From Mobula hypostoma (Eukaryota): DNA of 64,000 bases. The notes below the pieces were generated by a model that had not been told where the DNA came from, searched no databases, and worked only from the letters and a program-made list of their open reading frames with translations. The stretch is from assembly GCF_963921235.1 (NCBI RefSeq), contig NC_086098.1:5580001-5644000 (forward strand), read 5' to 3'. The position numbers and the translations under genes were made by a program. Positions 36,938 through 49,024 of this stretch are shown here, in pieces. Position 1 is the first letter of the stretch; every line of letters begins with the position of its first letter.

Positions 36938-37505
36938 GGGGTGTATGGGGTGTCAGGGAGGGGTAGCACCTCTGGTGGGGGAACATGTCGCGTCCTTTTC
37001 AGGGCGGTTAGTCCACCTTTGGTCCCCACCTGGCACTCAGCTCTCACCTGTGGCTCCCCATAGCTGTTTGCATGCGACAGCGGCCACACCCCGGGCAACG
37101 GCTTCAACAAGCCGGCTAAACCAGGTGAGGGTAGCCGACGGGTCTCAAACCCTTGGTGAGATAGGGAGTTGTCTATCCCAGCATGTGAAGACAGACTCCG
37201 GCGGATTGAGCAGATGAGACCAATGGAAGGTCCAACGGTCAAGAAGGCGGTCTCTGCAAGCGTCGTGGAACGTGTAGAGCAGGACAAGACACAGAAGACG
37301 TCCTGGTCATCCACTGCACCTAGTCCCATCTCCAGCCGTCTCAACTCTGTCTTGCCACTGGATCCAGATGGGAATTGGGAAGAGAGAGTGAGGCTGACGC
37401 TGCGCAACTCTCCCTCACTTAAATCCAAATCACGCGCTAGTCTCGACACCATCATAATGGTGTCAAGGTCCTCATCAACGTCAATGATAGACGAACAACA
37501 ACAAC
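36938..37505 (+). mobile_element. Bipartite non-autonomous RTE-type element (~570 bp) with (AAC)n tail
   Basis: Interrupts the host endonuclease at YTLDL|...|LELVMMD; ends gacgaacaacaacaac; imperfect flanking duplication acacccttga/acatccttga. Confidence 0.7.
36947..37130 (+). ncRNA. HDV-like self-cleaving ribozyme (nested double pseudoknot)
   Basis: P1 GGGGTGT/ACACCCC; P2 CTCACCTG/CAGGTGAG; P3 GGC/GCC; L3 TCC pairing with GG (P1.1); P4 CGGCTT-CAAC-AAGCCG; J4/2 GCTAA. Confidence 0.75.
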
Positions 37506-37700
37506 ATCCTTGAGCTTGTTATGATGGACCTGCCCGCTAAGCCAAAAGCAATGGCTCAAGTGAGTTCTTCAGACCATAACCCCGTGCTAGTGAAGTTGGG
37601 TGTTCCAGTTTACCGTGACCAGCCATACAAGAGGAAAGTTTGGTGTTACGACAAGGCCAACTTTTGGGGTATGTGTGGTCATCTTTCATCAACTGACTGG

Positions 37701-40094
37701 TGCACCGAGTTGCAGCTCCTCAGAGACCGTGTTAGGGATCTGGAGCTGCAGCTTGATGACCTACTGCTTATCAGGGAAAGTGAAGAGGTGATAGACATGA
37801 GCTACAGAGAGGTAGTCATCCCTCGGCTACAGGAGTCAGTAGTCATCCCTAGGCTACAGGGGTCAGAAAACTGGGTCACTGTCAAGAGGGGAAGGAAAAT
37901 GCCCAGATAGTGGAGAGCACCCCTGTGGCTGTCCCCCTCAACAACAAATATCTTGTTCTGGATGCTGTTGAGGGGGATGACCTGATAGGGGACGCCCACG
38001 GTGACCGGGTCTCTGGCACTGAGCCTGGCGCTGTTGTGCAGGAGAGAAGGAGGGAGAAAAGGAATGCGGTAGTCGTAGGGGATTCCATAGTCAGGGGAAC
38101 GGACAGGAGATTCTGTGAGCCTGACAGAGATACCCGCATGGTGTGTTGCCTCCCAGGTGCCAGGGTACGGGATGTCTCGGATCGGGTCCTGAATATTCTG
38201 AAGGGGGAGGGTGAGCAGCCAGTTGTCTTGGTACATGTTGGTACCAATGACATAGACAGGACAAAGCAGGAGGTCCTGAAGAGAGATTTACAGGAGTTAG
38301 GAAGGAAGCTGAGAAGCAGGACCTCCAGGGTAGTAATCTCGGGATTGCTACCTGTGCCACGTGCCAGCGAGGGCAAGAACAGTGGGATCAGGCAGATGAA
38401 TGCGTGGCTGAGAGACTGGTGTAGGGGGCAGGGCTTCAGATTCTTGGATAATTGGGATCTCTTCTTGGGGAAGTATGACCTGTTCAAAAAGGACAGGTTA
38501 CACCTGAACCCGAAGGGGACCAAAATCCTGGCGGGAAAATCTAATAGAGCTTTTAGGGAGGGTTTAAACTAATTTGGCAGGGGGATGGGAACCGGAATGA
38601 TAGAGCGGAGGAAGGGGAAAACAGAAATAAATCTAAGATAGTGAGCAGTAAAGATGTCAGGAAAGACAGGCAGGTGATGGGGCAAATTTGTAGCCATTGG
38701 GATGAGTTGCAGTGAAATCAAAGCAAAAAGTATCAAATACTGGTTACCAGAAATTACCAACACACATCAAAGATGCTGGTGAATGCAGCAGGCCAGGCAG
38801 CATCTGTAGGAAGAGGTGCAGTCAACGTTTCAGGCTGAGACCCTTCATCAGGACCAGAAATTACCAGTAGGCTAGACAAGGGAGATGCAGTGGATGTTGT
38901 ATATTTGGATTTTCAGAAGACCTTTGACAAGGTGCCACACATGAGGCTGCTTAACAAGATAAGAGCCCATGGAATTACAGGAAAGTTACATACGTGGATA
39001 GAGCGTTGGCTGATTGGCAGGAAACAGAGCGGGAATAAAGGGATCCTATTCTGGTTGGCTGCCGGTTACCAGTGGTATTCCACAGAGATCAGTGTTGGGG
39101 CCGCTTCTTTTTACATTGTACATCAACGATTTGGGTTATGGAATAGATGGCTTTGTGGCTAAGTTTGCTGACGATACGAAGATAGGTGGAGGGGCTGGTA
39201 GTGCTGAGGAAACGGAGAGTCTGCAGAGAGACTTGGATAGATTGGAAGAATGGGCAGAGAAGTGGCAAATGAAGTACAATATTGGAAAGTGTATGGTTAT
39301 GCACTTTGGCAGAAAAAATAAATGGACAGACTATTATTTAAATGGGGAAAGAATTCAAAGTTCTGAGATGCAACGGGACTTAAGAGTCCTCGTACAGGAT
39401 ACCCTTAAAGTTAACCTCCAGGTTGAGTCAGTAGTGAAGAAGGCGAATGCAATGTTGGCATTCATTTCTAGAGGAATAGAGTATAGGAGCAGGGATGTGA
39501 TGTTGAGGCTCTATAAGGCGCTGGTGAGACCTCACTTGGAGTACTGTGGGCAGTTTTGGTCTCCTTATTTAAGAAAGGATGTGTTGACATTGGAGAGGGT
39601 ACAGAGAAGATTGACTAGAATGATTCCGGGAATGAGAGGGTTAACATATGAGGAACATTTGTCCGCCCTTGGACTGTATTCCTTGGAGTTTAGAAGAATG
39701 AGGGGAGACCTCACAGAAACATTTCGAATATTAAAAGGCATAGACAGAGTGGATGTGGCAAAGTTGTTTCCCATGATGGGGGAGTCTAGTACGAGAGAGC
39801 ATGACTTAAGGATTGAAGGGCGCCCATTCAGAACAGAAATGCGAAGAAATTTTTTTAGTCAGAAGGTGGTGAATCTGTGGAATTTGTTGCCACGGGCAGC
39901 AGTGGAGGCCAAGTCATTGGGTGTATTTAAGGCAGAGATTGATAGGTATCTGAGTAGCCAGGGCATCAAATGTTATGGTGAGAAGGTGGGGGAGTGGGAC
40001 TAAATGGGAGAATGGATCAGCTCATGATAAAATGGCAGAGCAGACTCGATGGGCCGAATGGCCAACTTCTGCTCCTTTGTCTTATGGTCTTATG
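37701..40094 (+). mobile_element. CR1 LINE with ORF1 SGNH esterase and RT; the endonuclease region is deleted
   Basis: ORF 37910-38572 VVGDSIVRG...HVGTND...DRLHLN; ORF 39014-40003 KFADDTK; 6-bp TSD GACTGG at 37695-37700 and 40095-40100. Confidence 0.92.
38760..38852 (-). mobile_element. 93-bp Penelope pLTR fragment with hammerhead core
   Basis: Minus strand gtcctgatgaagggtctcagcctgaaacgttgactgc; 14-bp TSD ACCAGAAATTACCA at 38746-38759 and 38853-38866. Confidence 0.8.
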
Positions 40095-40952
40095 GACTGG
40101 TTTAGCATTCTCAAAGACAAGGACGCTGAGAAGACTTGCACCAAGTTATATCTGAGGCCATGGACATTCACATTCCCAGAAAAATTGTTACTAAGAAGCC
40201 TGGCGATAAAGTATGGTTTGATGACAAGTGCAGACGAGCAGCAAAGAAGAAACGCCGTCTCTACCACCATCTAAAGAAGTGCAACACCCCTGCTAATGAG
40301 GAGAAGTTTGCACAGGCTGGGCAGTCGTACAATCCAGCAGAGAGACAGGCCGGACGAAACCATAGCATCAAACTCAAACAAGACTTAACCAGTGGTGACC
40401 TTAGCAGCAAGAAGTGGTGGAATGTCGTGAACTCCCTCTCTGGAAGAACAGGCCACTCTGACATCCCTGTCATTGAGCACAATGGGTCTGTACATACAAC
40501 AGCAAGAGATAAAGCCAAAGTTTTCTGTTGGGCTTTTGCAGATAAATGTCAGCTCACAAATGCTAATGACCAGCCACCAGATGTCAAGCAGCTTACTATC
40601 ACCTCGCTGAACAAAATTATCTTCAAACCTAAAGACATCAGGAAAATTATGCAACAGCTTCAGCCTGATAAATCATCTGGCCCTGACCAGATTCCAACTA
40701 GGGTCTTAAAGGAATGCAGTGCAGAACTTGCATGTCCTCTCTGCCACCTCTTCCAGCTACGCTTCTCGAGTGGTGTATTCCCAGAACAATGGCAAATAGC
40801 ATCAGTAACACCAGTACACAAGCGAGATTCCAGAGCTGATTCTACAAATTACCGCCCCATATCCTTACTCAGTGTCATCAGCAAGGTAATGGAAGCAGCA
40901 GTCCACAAACAAGTTCAGAACTACCTACTCCATAGCAACTTAATTTCAAGTA

Positions 40953-41551
40953 CATAGAACATAGAATAGTACTGCACATTATAGGCCCTTCAGCCCACAA
41001 TGTTGTGCCGACCCTCAAACCCTGCCTCCTGTATAACCCCCCACCTTAAATTCCTCCATATACCTGTCTAGCAGTCTCTTAAACTTCACTAGTGTATCTG
41101 CCTCCACCACTGACTCAGGCAGTGCATTCCATGCACCAACCACTCTCTGAGTAAAAAACCTTCCTCTAATATCCCCCTTGAACTTCCCACCCCTTACCTT
41201 AAAGCCATGTCCTCTTGTATTGAGCAGTGGTGCCCTGGGGAAGAGGCACTGGCTGTCCACTCTATCTATTCTTTTTAATATCTTGTATACCTCTATCATG
41301 TCTCCCCTCATCCTCCTTCTCTCCAAAAAGCAAAGCCTAGCTCCCTTAATCTCTGATCATAATGCATACTCTCTAAACCAGGCAGCATCCTGGTAAATCT
41401 CCTCTGTACCCTTTCCAATGCTTCCACATCCTTCCTATAGTGAGGTGACCAGAACTGGACACAGTACTCCAAGTGTGGCCTAACCAGAGTTTTATAGAGC
41501 TGCATCATTACCTCGCGACTCTATCCCTCGACTTATGAAAGCCAACACCAA
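40953..41551 (-). mobile_element. CR1 3' fragment inserted into the host RT
   Basis: ORFs 41015-41326 and 41308-41508; 6-bp TSD CAAGTA at 40947-40952 and 41552-41557; host rejoins LISS|RQYGFR. Confidence 0.92.
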
Positions 41552-43914
41552 CAAGTAGGCAGTATGGATTTAGACCTGATCACAGTACAGCTGATCTCCT
41601 CACCACCTTTTCTCAAACGTGGAACACCTTCTTAGACAAAGGTGGAGAAGTGTGTGTCATAGCCCTGGATATCAAAGGAGCACTTGACAAGGTCTGGCAT
41701 AATGGACTCTGTGTTAAGCTGAGATCCAAAGGAATATCTGGAAAGCTGCTGAAATGGCTGCAGAGCTACCTTCATGGACAGACCACCAAAGTTGTTATCT
41801 CTGGTCAGGCTTCTGATTCTTCAACCATCAATGCATCTGTACCACAGGGTTCAATACTGGGGCCACTTCTGTTTTCCATCTTTATTGACGATGTGGTTAA
41901 TGCATGCAGTAACGAGCTATACCTGTACGCTGACGACTCCACACTATTTGCACCAATTAGAGCAGGAGAGAGTAATACAGTGGCAGCAGGCCTGAATAGG
42001 GATCTTGACAGGATGAAAGCCTGGGCAGGCGGCTGGAATGTCACCTTTGAGCCTACTAAGTGCGAGCCGATGGCGATGTCTAGGAAGAGGAATCCATCTA
42101 ACCCCAACCTGTATTTTGGGAACTGCAAGCTGGATTTAAAGAAGGAGCTAGTAATCCTTGGTGTTAATATTGACAGCAAGTTGGTGTGGGATAAACACCT
42201 TTCCACTATTTCAAACAAGGCTGGACAAAGGCTTGGAGCTCTGCGGAAAGTAGCATCCAAGCTAGACAAAGAGGACAGAGCAACTGTTTACAAAACCCAG
42301 GTACGAAGTATCATGGAGTATGCCTGCTTATCATGGATGAATGCCTCACAGAGTGTCCTCAGCCAGCTTAATTCAATTCAAAGAAAGGCCCTCAGGATTA
42401 TAGGTGTAGCTGAAGCCACAGCTCGTGAGAAGCTAGCCATCAGTAGCTTACACCACAGACGACAGGTTGCTGCAGCTACTGTGCTATACAAAATGCCCAC
42501 CAGCCACAGCCCTGCAGACCTTCACGCCACGCTGCCTTCATCTTGTGAGAGACGGTGCACCACACGATCAAGTGTATCTATGTCTGCTCCTGCTGTTTCT
42601 ATACCTGATGCGAGAACCTACACACTGGATAGAAGCTTCCTTCACTGTGCTATCAGAATTTGGAACAGCCTTCCAGATGCTGTGGTTGGAAACATCCGAG
42701 ACGATGGTGTCCAAGCCTTAAAGAGTCGAGTGCACAAACACCCATCATCTCTGGGAGGGAAGTCACATGCTTCTTCATAAGCTATCATGAAGGGGACCAG
42801 GATAGCAATGCTTGGTTGTTGATAGGTAGGGTTAATACCTGACTTTCAAGAGCACTTGTGAGTTATATTCTGGCTGGACTTAGTCCTTAAACTGCTGGAG
42901 AACAGTGTGGAAAGAACAGATGCTGTTTTCTCCTGGTAGGGATTAGTTTTTAGTTCCAAGTGCTCTTGCCACGTTTTGTCACCCTGCAACCTTGTCCTTC
43001 AATCTCTTTGAATTATGGAGGACAGCATGTGTATAAACATCTCTCTTCAGCAGACTTCATCATGATCATCATGACTCCAGTATTTCTACTATTTTTTAAT
43101 GTTTCTTAATTGTACACATGATTTTTTTTGTGTTCTATCGCTGAGCAGCAGTGAACCATCTGATTGGCCTATCAGAGTTCTCTTTGGGAACTAGTTGACT
43201 TGATCAGCATTTCTGATCTGGCTGTTGTTCACGATTGCACTTAATAAAAAAAAAGCAATGAAGTGTGCATTTCCTGCACAATCATTAACTACTAGAGCTG
43301 TTGAATTTTTAAACAATTTGACTTAACTTTCCTTTCAACCAAACAATGAGCTCCTGTCTGAACATCCTCCATAACAAGACTTCCATTTCGACTTTTTCTT
43401 ACAGTTTGCAATCTCTTTCCTTTCTGTCTTCTACAACGTTAGAGAATAAGAAACCCTCTGGTGAGTAAAATTTCTCTGCATAAATCTGATGTACTGCATA
43501 TTAATATAACATGTATTCATCTGGTATGATACTGCAGATCCCGCAAGCATTAGCAAATACAGCTTGCAAAAACGCCTGTATGTCTCAAAAGTTCTTCTTA
43601 ATGAAATAAAATTTGACTCCAAAAGCTGCCAAAGTAGTTACTTATGAACCCCGTGTGATTTCTTTCAAAAAGACATTTTTTGTTGTTTTCCACTCTTTAA
43701 AGTCTTGAACATTCCCTGCACGTTCAGAATAAGCTTTGCACTGGTAAACATTCTAAGCCGATCGCAACGATGATCAATAACCAGCTCCTCTTCCAGACTG
43801 AATTCTATTTGCCGCCTGTTTCTTCACTAGCCCATCAATATTGACCAAACGGTTGTATCTCTGTCTGGTATGGAGTCTCCAATGCACAGAATCAGCAAAA
43901 GTTAAGAAAATTGT

Positions 43915-44282
43915 AATTGAGAGGAGATTTGATAGAGGTATACAGAATTATGAGTTAATAGATAGGTTAAATGCTAGCAGGCTTTTTCCACTGAGGTTGG
44001 GTGGAACTACAACCAGACATCATGGGTTAAGAGTGAAAGGTGAAATTTTTAAGGGGAACACAAGGGGAAACTTCTTCACTCAGAGGGTTTTGAGCTGCCA
44101 GCGCAGGTGGTGCATGTGAGCTCGATTTCAACGTTTAAGAGAAGTTTGGATCGGTGCAGATGGGAGAGGTATGAAGGACTACGGTCCCGATACAAGTCAA
44201 TGGGAGTAGACAGTTTGAATGTTTCAGCACGTACTAGATGGGCTGAAGGGCCTTTTTCTGTGCTGTACTTTTCTGTGACTCT
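43915..44282 (+). mobile_element. CR1 3' fragment
   Basis: IDRLNASRLFPLRLGGTTTRHHGLRVKGEIFKGNTRGNFFTQRV. Confidence 0.85.
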
Positions 44283-44547
44283 AGATTTTACACAGTCAGC
44301 TCTGACATGGGCACTAACCTCCTGAGCATCCAGGACACCTTCAAAAGGTGATACCTCAAAAATGGTGGCAAACAACATTAAGGATCCCCTTCACCCAGGA
44401 TATGCCCTCTTCTCATTGCTACCATCAGGGAGGTGATACAGAAGTTTGAGGACACACACTCAACATTTCAGGAACAGCTACTTCCCCTCCAGCAACAACC
44501 CATAAACACTACCTCACTATTTCTTCTGCTCTCTTTCTGCACCACTT

Positions 44548-45315
44548 TTTGGTAGGTCAAATATGATGGCAGAATATAGCATTAATGGTAAGACTCTTGG
44601 CAGTGTGGAGGATCGGGGGATCTTGGGGTCCGAGTCCATAGGACGCTCAAAGCAGCTATGCAGGTTGACTGCGTGGTTAAGAAGGCATACAGTGTATTGG
44701 CCTTCATCAATCGTGGAATTGAATTTAGGAGCCGAGAGGTAATGTTGCAGCTATATAGCACCCTGGTCAGACTCCACTTGGAGTACTGTGCTCATTTCTG
44801 GTTGTCTCACCTCAGGAAGGATATGGAAACTATAGCAAGTGTGCAGAGGAGATTTACAAGGATGTTGCCTGGATTGGGGAGCATGCCTTATGAGAATAGG
44901 TTGAGTGAACTTGGCCTTTTCTCCTTGGAGCAATGGAGGATGAGAGGTGACCTGTTAAAGGCGTACAAGATGATGAGAGGCATTGATCGTGTGGATAGTC
45001 AGAGGCTTTTTCCCAGGGCTGAAATGGCTATCACAAGAGGACACAGGTTTAAGGTGCTGGGGAGCAGGTACAGAGGAGATGTCAGGGGTAAGTTTTTTAC
45101 TCAGAGAGTGGTGAGTGCGTGGAATGGGCTGCTGGCAGCAGTGGTGGAGGCAGATATGATAGGGTCTTTTAAGAGACTTTTGGATAGGTACATGGAGCTT
45201 AGAAAAATAGAGGGCTATGAGTAACCCTAGTAATTTCTAAGGTAGGGACATGTTCGGCACAGCTTTGTGAGCTGAAGGGCCTGTATTGTGCTGTAGGTTT
45301 TCTATGTTTCTATGT
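44548..45315 (+). mobile_element. CR1 3' fragment
   Basis: ORF 44658-45224; (TTCTATGT)n tail. Confidence 0.9.
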
Positions 45316-45556
45316 TACTTAGTCATTTTTTTATATGTATACTTCTTATTGCAATTTATAGTTTTTATATGATGATGTATTGCAGCAATGCACTGCTCCC
45401 ACAAAACAACGCATTTCACGACATATGCCACTGATATCAAACCTGATTCTGATTCCAATACTTATGTCTCTGTGTCTAAGAACTTTTGATATCAACTACG
45501 CTGTCAATTTTGACATCAGTGGCCAAACATCTTATTGGATGCTCTATCACTAAGAT

Positions 45557-46945
45557 ACACTTTGTGGCCACTTTATTAGACACTGTACCTCGTGACTGCT
45601 CCGGCCACATGGAATAACAGCAGCACACAAAGATCCAACAGCCCACGTGGAGAGAACAAACATAATATATCAAATCCAATGTGGAGACTGCCCCACCCAG
45701 ACACTATGTAGGACAGACAGGGAGAAAGCTATCCACAAGACTACACGAACATAAACTAGCCATAAGATGACATGGTCCTCTCTCATTCACCTCAGTACAT
45801 GAAGACTAAGGAGGACACAGGTTCATCTGAGAAACTACAAAACTCCTGGCAAAAGCACAAAATAGGAAACAAGGAGAATTCTTAGAACAACCAAAGGAAA
45901 ATCTGCAGATGGAAATCCAAGCAACAGACACAAAATGCTGGAGGAACTCAGCAGGCCAGGCAGCATCTATGGGAAAAAGTACAGTCGATGTTTCGGGCCA
46001 AGACCCTTCAGCTGGATGGATTCTTTAAAGCTTGTTTCTCAATGAAAGACTGCATTAACAAGCACATTGAACTGGATGCATTTTACAAAGCTATGTATCT
46101 GTGGGATCAGAACCGAGGGATGAGCTGTGGACGCCTGAGGACCAAATCTGACAAAGACCGATAACCAAGTACACGGGCCAACGGAGATCACTCAGCTACC
46201 CCGTTGTCCGGGACCCAGCAGAGACTAGCAGCCAGCATGACTGATTAGAATAATGAGTCGGACCAATATAACCACGAGCACTTGGCAGAAACAGCACTCA
46301 ACTGCACGCTGATGATGTCACCTCGGTTGGTGGTGAAATATTTGCAACCTAACCTCCAGGCTCAGTGAAAAACCTTACAAACAAACAGCCAACTCGAGTA
46401 CCAATCTTCCTTTTCGTTGTTAGGTACAGGGGGTACCCTTGAAAAGTGACCACTGAGTGTATGTTCATTTTCTTCTTCTTCTGTAGCCCATCCACTTCAA
46501 AGTTTAATGTGGTGTTCATTCAGAGATGCTCTTCTGCACGCCACTGTCGCAATTATTTGAGTTACTGTCACCTTCCTGTCAGTGTGAACCAGTCTGGCCT
46601 TCACCTCTGACCTCTCTCATTACCAAGGCATTTTTTGCCACTCACTGGACGTTTTTATTTTTTCACACCATTCTCTGTAAACTGGAAAGACCGTTGTTTA
46701 TGAAAATCACAGGAGATCAGCAGTCTTTGAGAGACTCAATCCACCCTGTCTGGCACCACAGTCAAAGTCACTTGTATCACATTTCTTCCCCATTCTGATG
46801 TTTGGTCTGAACAACAACTGAACCTCTTGACCATGTCCGCATGCTTTTATGCATCGAGTTGCTGCCACATGATTGGCTGATTAGATATTTGCATTGATGA
46901 GCAGGTGTACAGTTGTACCTAATAAAATGGCCACTGAGTGTGTAT
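45557..46945. mobile_element. Tc1-like non-autonomous element, interrupted by a Penelope insertion
   Basis: TIR-like ends acactttgtggccactttattag (about 45557) and ctaataaaatggccactgagtg (about 46920-46941). Confidence 0.6.
45595..46410 (+). mobile_element. Penelope-like family C GIY-YIG fragment with a decayed hammerhead
   Basis: NIIYQIQCGDCP/HYVGQTGRKLSTRLHEHKLAIR; ctgatgatgtcacctcggttggtggtgaaata near 46310-46341; contains a family A pLTR piece at about 45895-46010. Confidence 0.75.
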
Positions 46946-47734
46946 GATTAGCAAATGCCTGCAAGGTCTAACGAGTTTCCACCAGTCATCACTAAGAATT
47001 CTTGCTTAATGAATCTCTGAAGTCCTAAAACCTTGCCTGAGGCTTTTTCTCAAAAAAAAATCCATTTTAATGATTTGACTTTCCCAGTTCTATTCGAAGG
47101 AATTGGATGGTGTGGCTGAAAATTATTCATTCAGTTATCTAAAGGAGCAAAAAAAAAAATCCATGTGGGACAGTCAGGAGAGTTCACAATTTGCATAAAA
47201 GACTGCATATTAAAATATAGCGGGTGCACACCCTTAAATATTAATGAGAGTCTCAGCTGACGTTTCCTTTTGGCTCGTTGCCGTGGTGTATCAAAGGAGG
47301 GGAAGGGTGGATTTACATGAAGATTTTCACAGCAGTCACTTCCAATAATGTCTTTCCATTTGTAGTCTCAATCTGCCAGTGGTTTTGTATAGTACAGCAC
47401 AGCATCTGTTCAGAAATATCATCGGTTATATATACTTACAAGACCCGTAGGCGAGTTTGCACCCTGTGCAGGAGGATTAATTTAAAAGGCAATGAATGAC
47501 AGAACTGCAGTGGTCGTGAGATTCATTGGAACACGAGCATTAAGAGTTAATGCTATTTTTGTTCTGCAAACACCAGTAGTAAGGATGGCACGGTAGCATA
47601 GTGGTTAGCTTTACGTTATTACAGCACCAGAGATCCGGGCTCTGTTCCCACTGATGTCTATAAAGGGTTTGTATGCTCACCCTGTGTCCACGAGTTTTCT
47701 CCGGGTACTCCGGTTTGTTGGCCCGTTAGCATGA

Positions 47735-48232
47735 GACCATAAGATACAGGAGAAGAACTAAACCATTTGGTGCATTGATTCTGCTCATCTATTCCATTTC
47801 GGCTGATTTATTTTCCCTTTCAACTCCATTTTCTTTCCTTCTGTCCATAACTTTTGACAACCTTAGTAACTGAGAACCCTATCTACCTTTGCTTTAAATA
47901 TACCCAATGACTTGGCTCCATAGCCATCAATGGCAATGAATTCCACAGATTTACCACCCTTTGGCTAAAGAAATTCCTCCCCATCTCTGTTCTATTCTGA
48001 GTTTGTGCCCTCTGATCCTAGACTTCCCCACTACAGGAATCACCTTCTCCATATCTTCTCTATCTAGACATTTCAATATTTGATTGGTCTCAATGAGATC
48101 CCTGCTCATTCTTCTAAATTTCAATGAGTAAAGGCCCAGAGTTATTAAATGCTCCTTATTTAACCCTTTCACCCCCAGGATCAATCTTGAGGAACTTCTC
48201 TGGACCCTCTCCAATGCCAGCACATCCTTTCT
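47735..48232 (-). mobile_element. CR1 3' fragment, preceded by a V-SINE head at 47588-47725 (+)
   Basis: LALERVQR...LGLYSLKFRRMSRDLIET; SINE head ggcacggtagcatagtggttagc. Confidence 0.8.
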
Positions 48233-49024
48233 TTGGTAAGTTATCGCGCTATATTTCTAAATAAAAATAAACAAATGAGTACACTTTTACCATATGTCTA
48301 TTTTTCTTTGAGGGCAAAATGTATATGTGTGGATCAAAGAACCAATGCAGGGTTGAGCATAATTGTTTCAGTGCTTTGTGGAGGCAACTGCTCTAAATAT
48401 GTAATGCATCTGATTAGTAAACAGGGATTAGAGAACTCAGTCTTTGCTTCAATATTCAGTGGTCGTGGTGATCAGAGATCTGGGTCCAGGATCTAAAATT
48501 AAACAGACAGATTCAGTTCAAATAAAGTAGGACGTGACTGCTCGGAGCAGACTGGTAAGGCATATGTGAATAGAGTGTTAAAAAGAAAACCGTTCTCCAG
48601 TAATAAGAGATAGGTGAAGAGCAAGTCTGCTCCAAGTGAAGTTCTGTAAGGAACTGTCTTCATGCTTGTGTCATACAGTATTAGAATGTACAGCCAGAAC
48701 ATGGAGATGACCTGATTTTATAGTCGTTGCTGGATGAATTCTTTGTAACTCAATTCCCCATACTGAAAGAGGCTTTCATGTTGAATATTCTGTGATATAT
48801 TTGTCACTTTCTCTTCATTAATAAGAAATATCTAAACAGCTCAATATGGCATCAACATTTGTGTAATTAATGTGGTATATTAATAGCTGAACCGAGGAAC
48901 TATGGGCAGATTGGATCTGGCAGCAGGCAAGTGTAAGACAAACTACTTATAAACTGAGAAAAGGTGAAGATGTCTTCTAGCATCTCTGCAGAAATATATT
49001 GAGACTGGTTGCTTCCAAAATCGG

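Larger units (their letters stand above)
36060..42890 (+). mobile_element. Near-complete single-ORF CR1/Jockey-group LINE (APE endonuclease + RT), split by nested insertions
   Basis: EN motifs EVNIRGLRS, IVVETFL, GGGIAVY, FGDFNVHH, LDL and SSDHNPV; RT motifs KSSGPDQIP, NYRPISLLS, QYGFR, ALDIKGALDKVWH, VPQGSILGPLLF and LYADD; coding segments 36342-36937, ~37510-37700, 40095-40952 and 41552-42780. Confidence 0.85.

Noticed and set aside
36802..37513. ORFs of 217 aa (-) and 114 aa (+) across the inserted element
   Set aside because: GC-rich structured non-coding insert; the frames cross insertion junctions and have no recognisable domain
37910..38572. SGNH hydrolase ORF as a possible host lipase gene
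   Set aside because: It is the established esterase domain of CR1 ORF1, inside a TSD-flanked CR1
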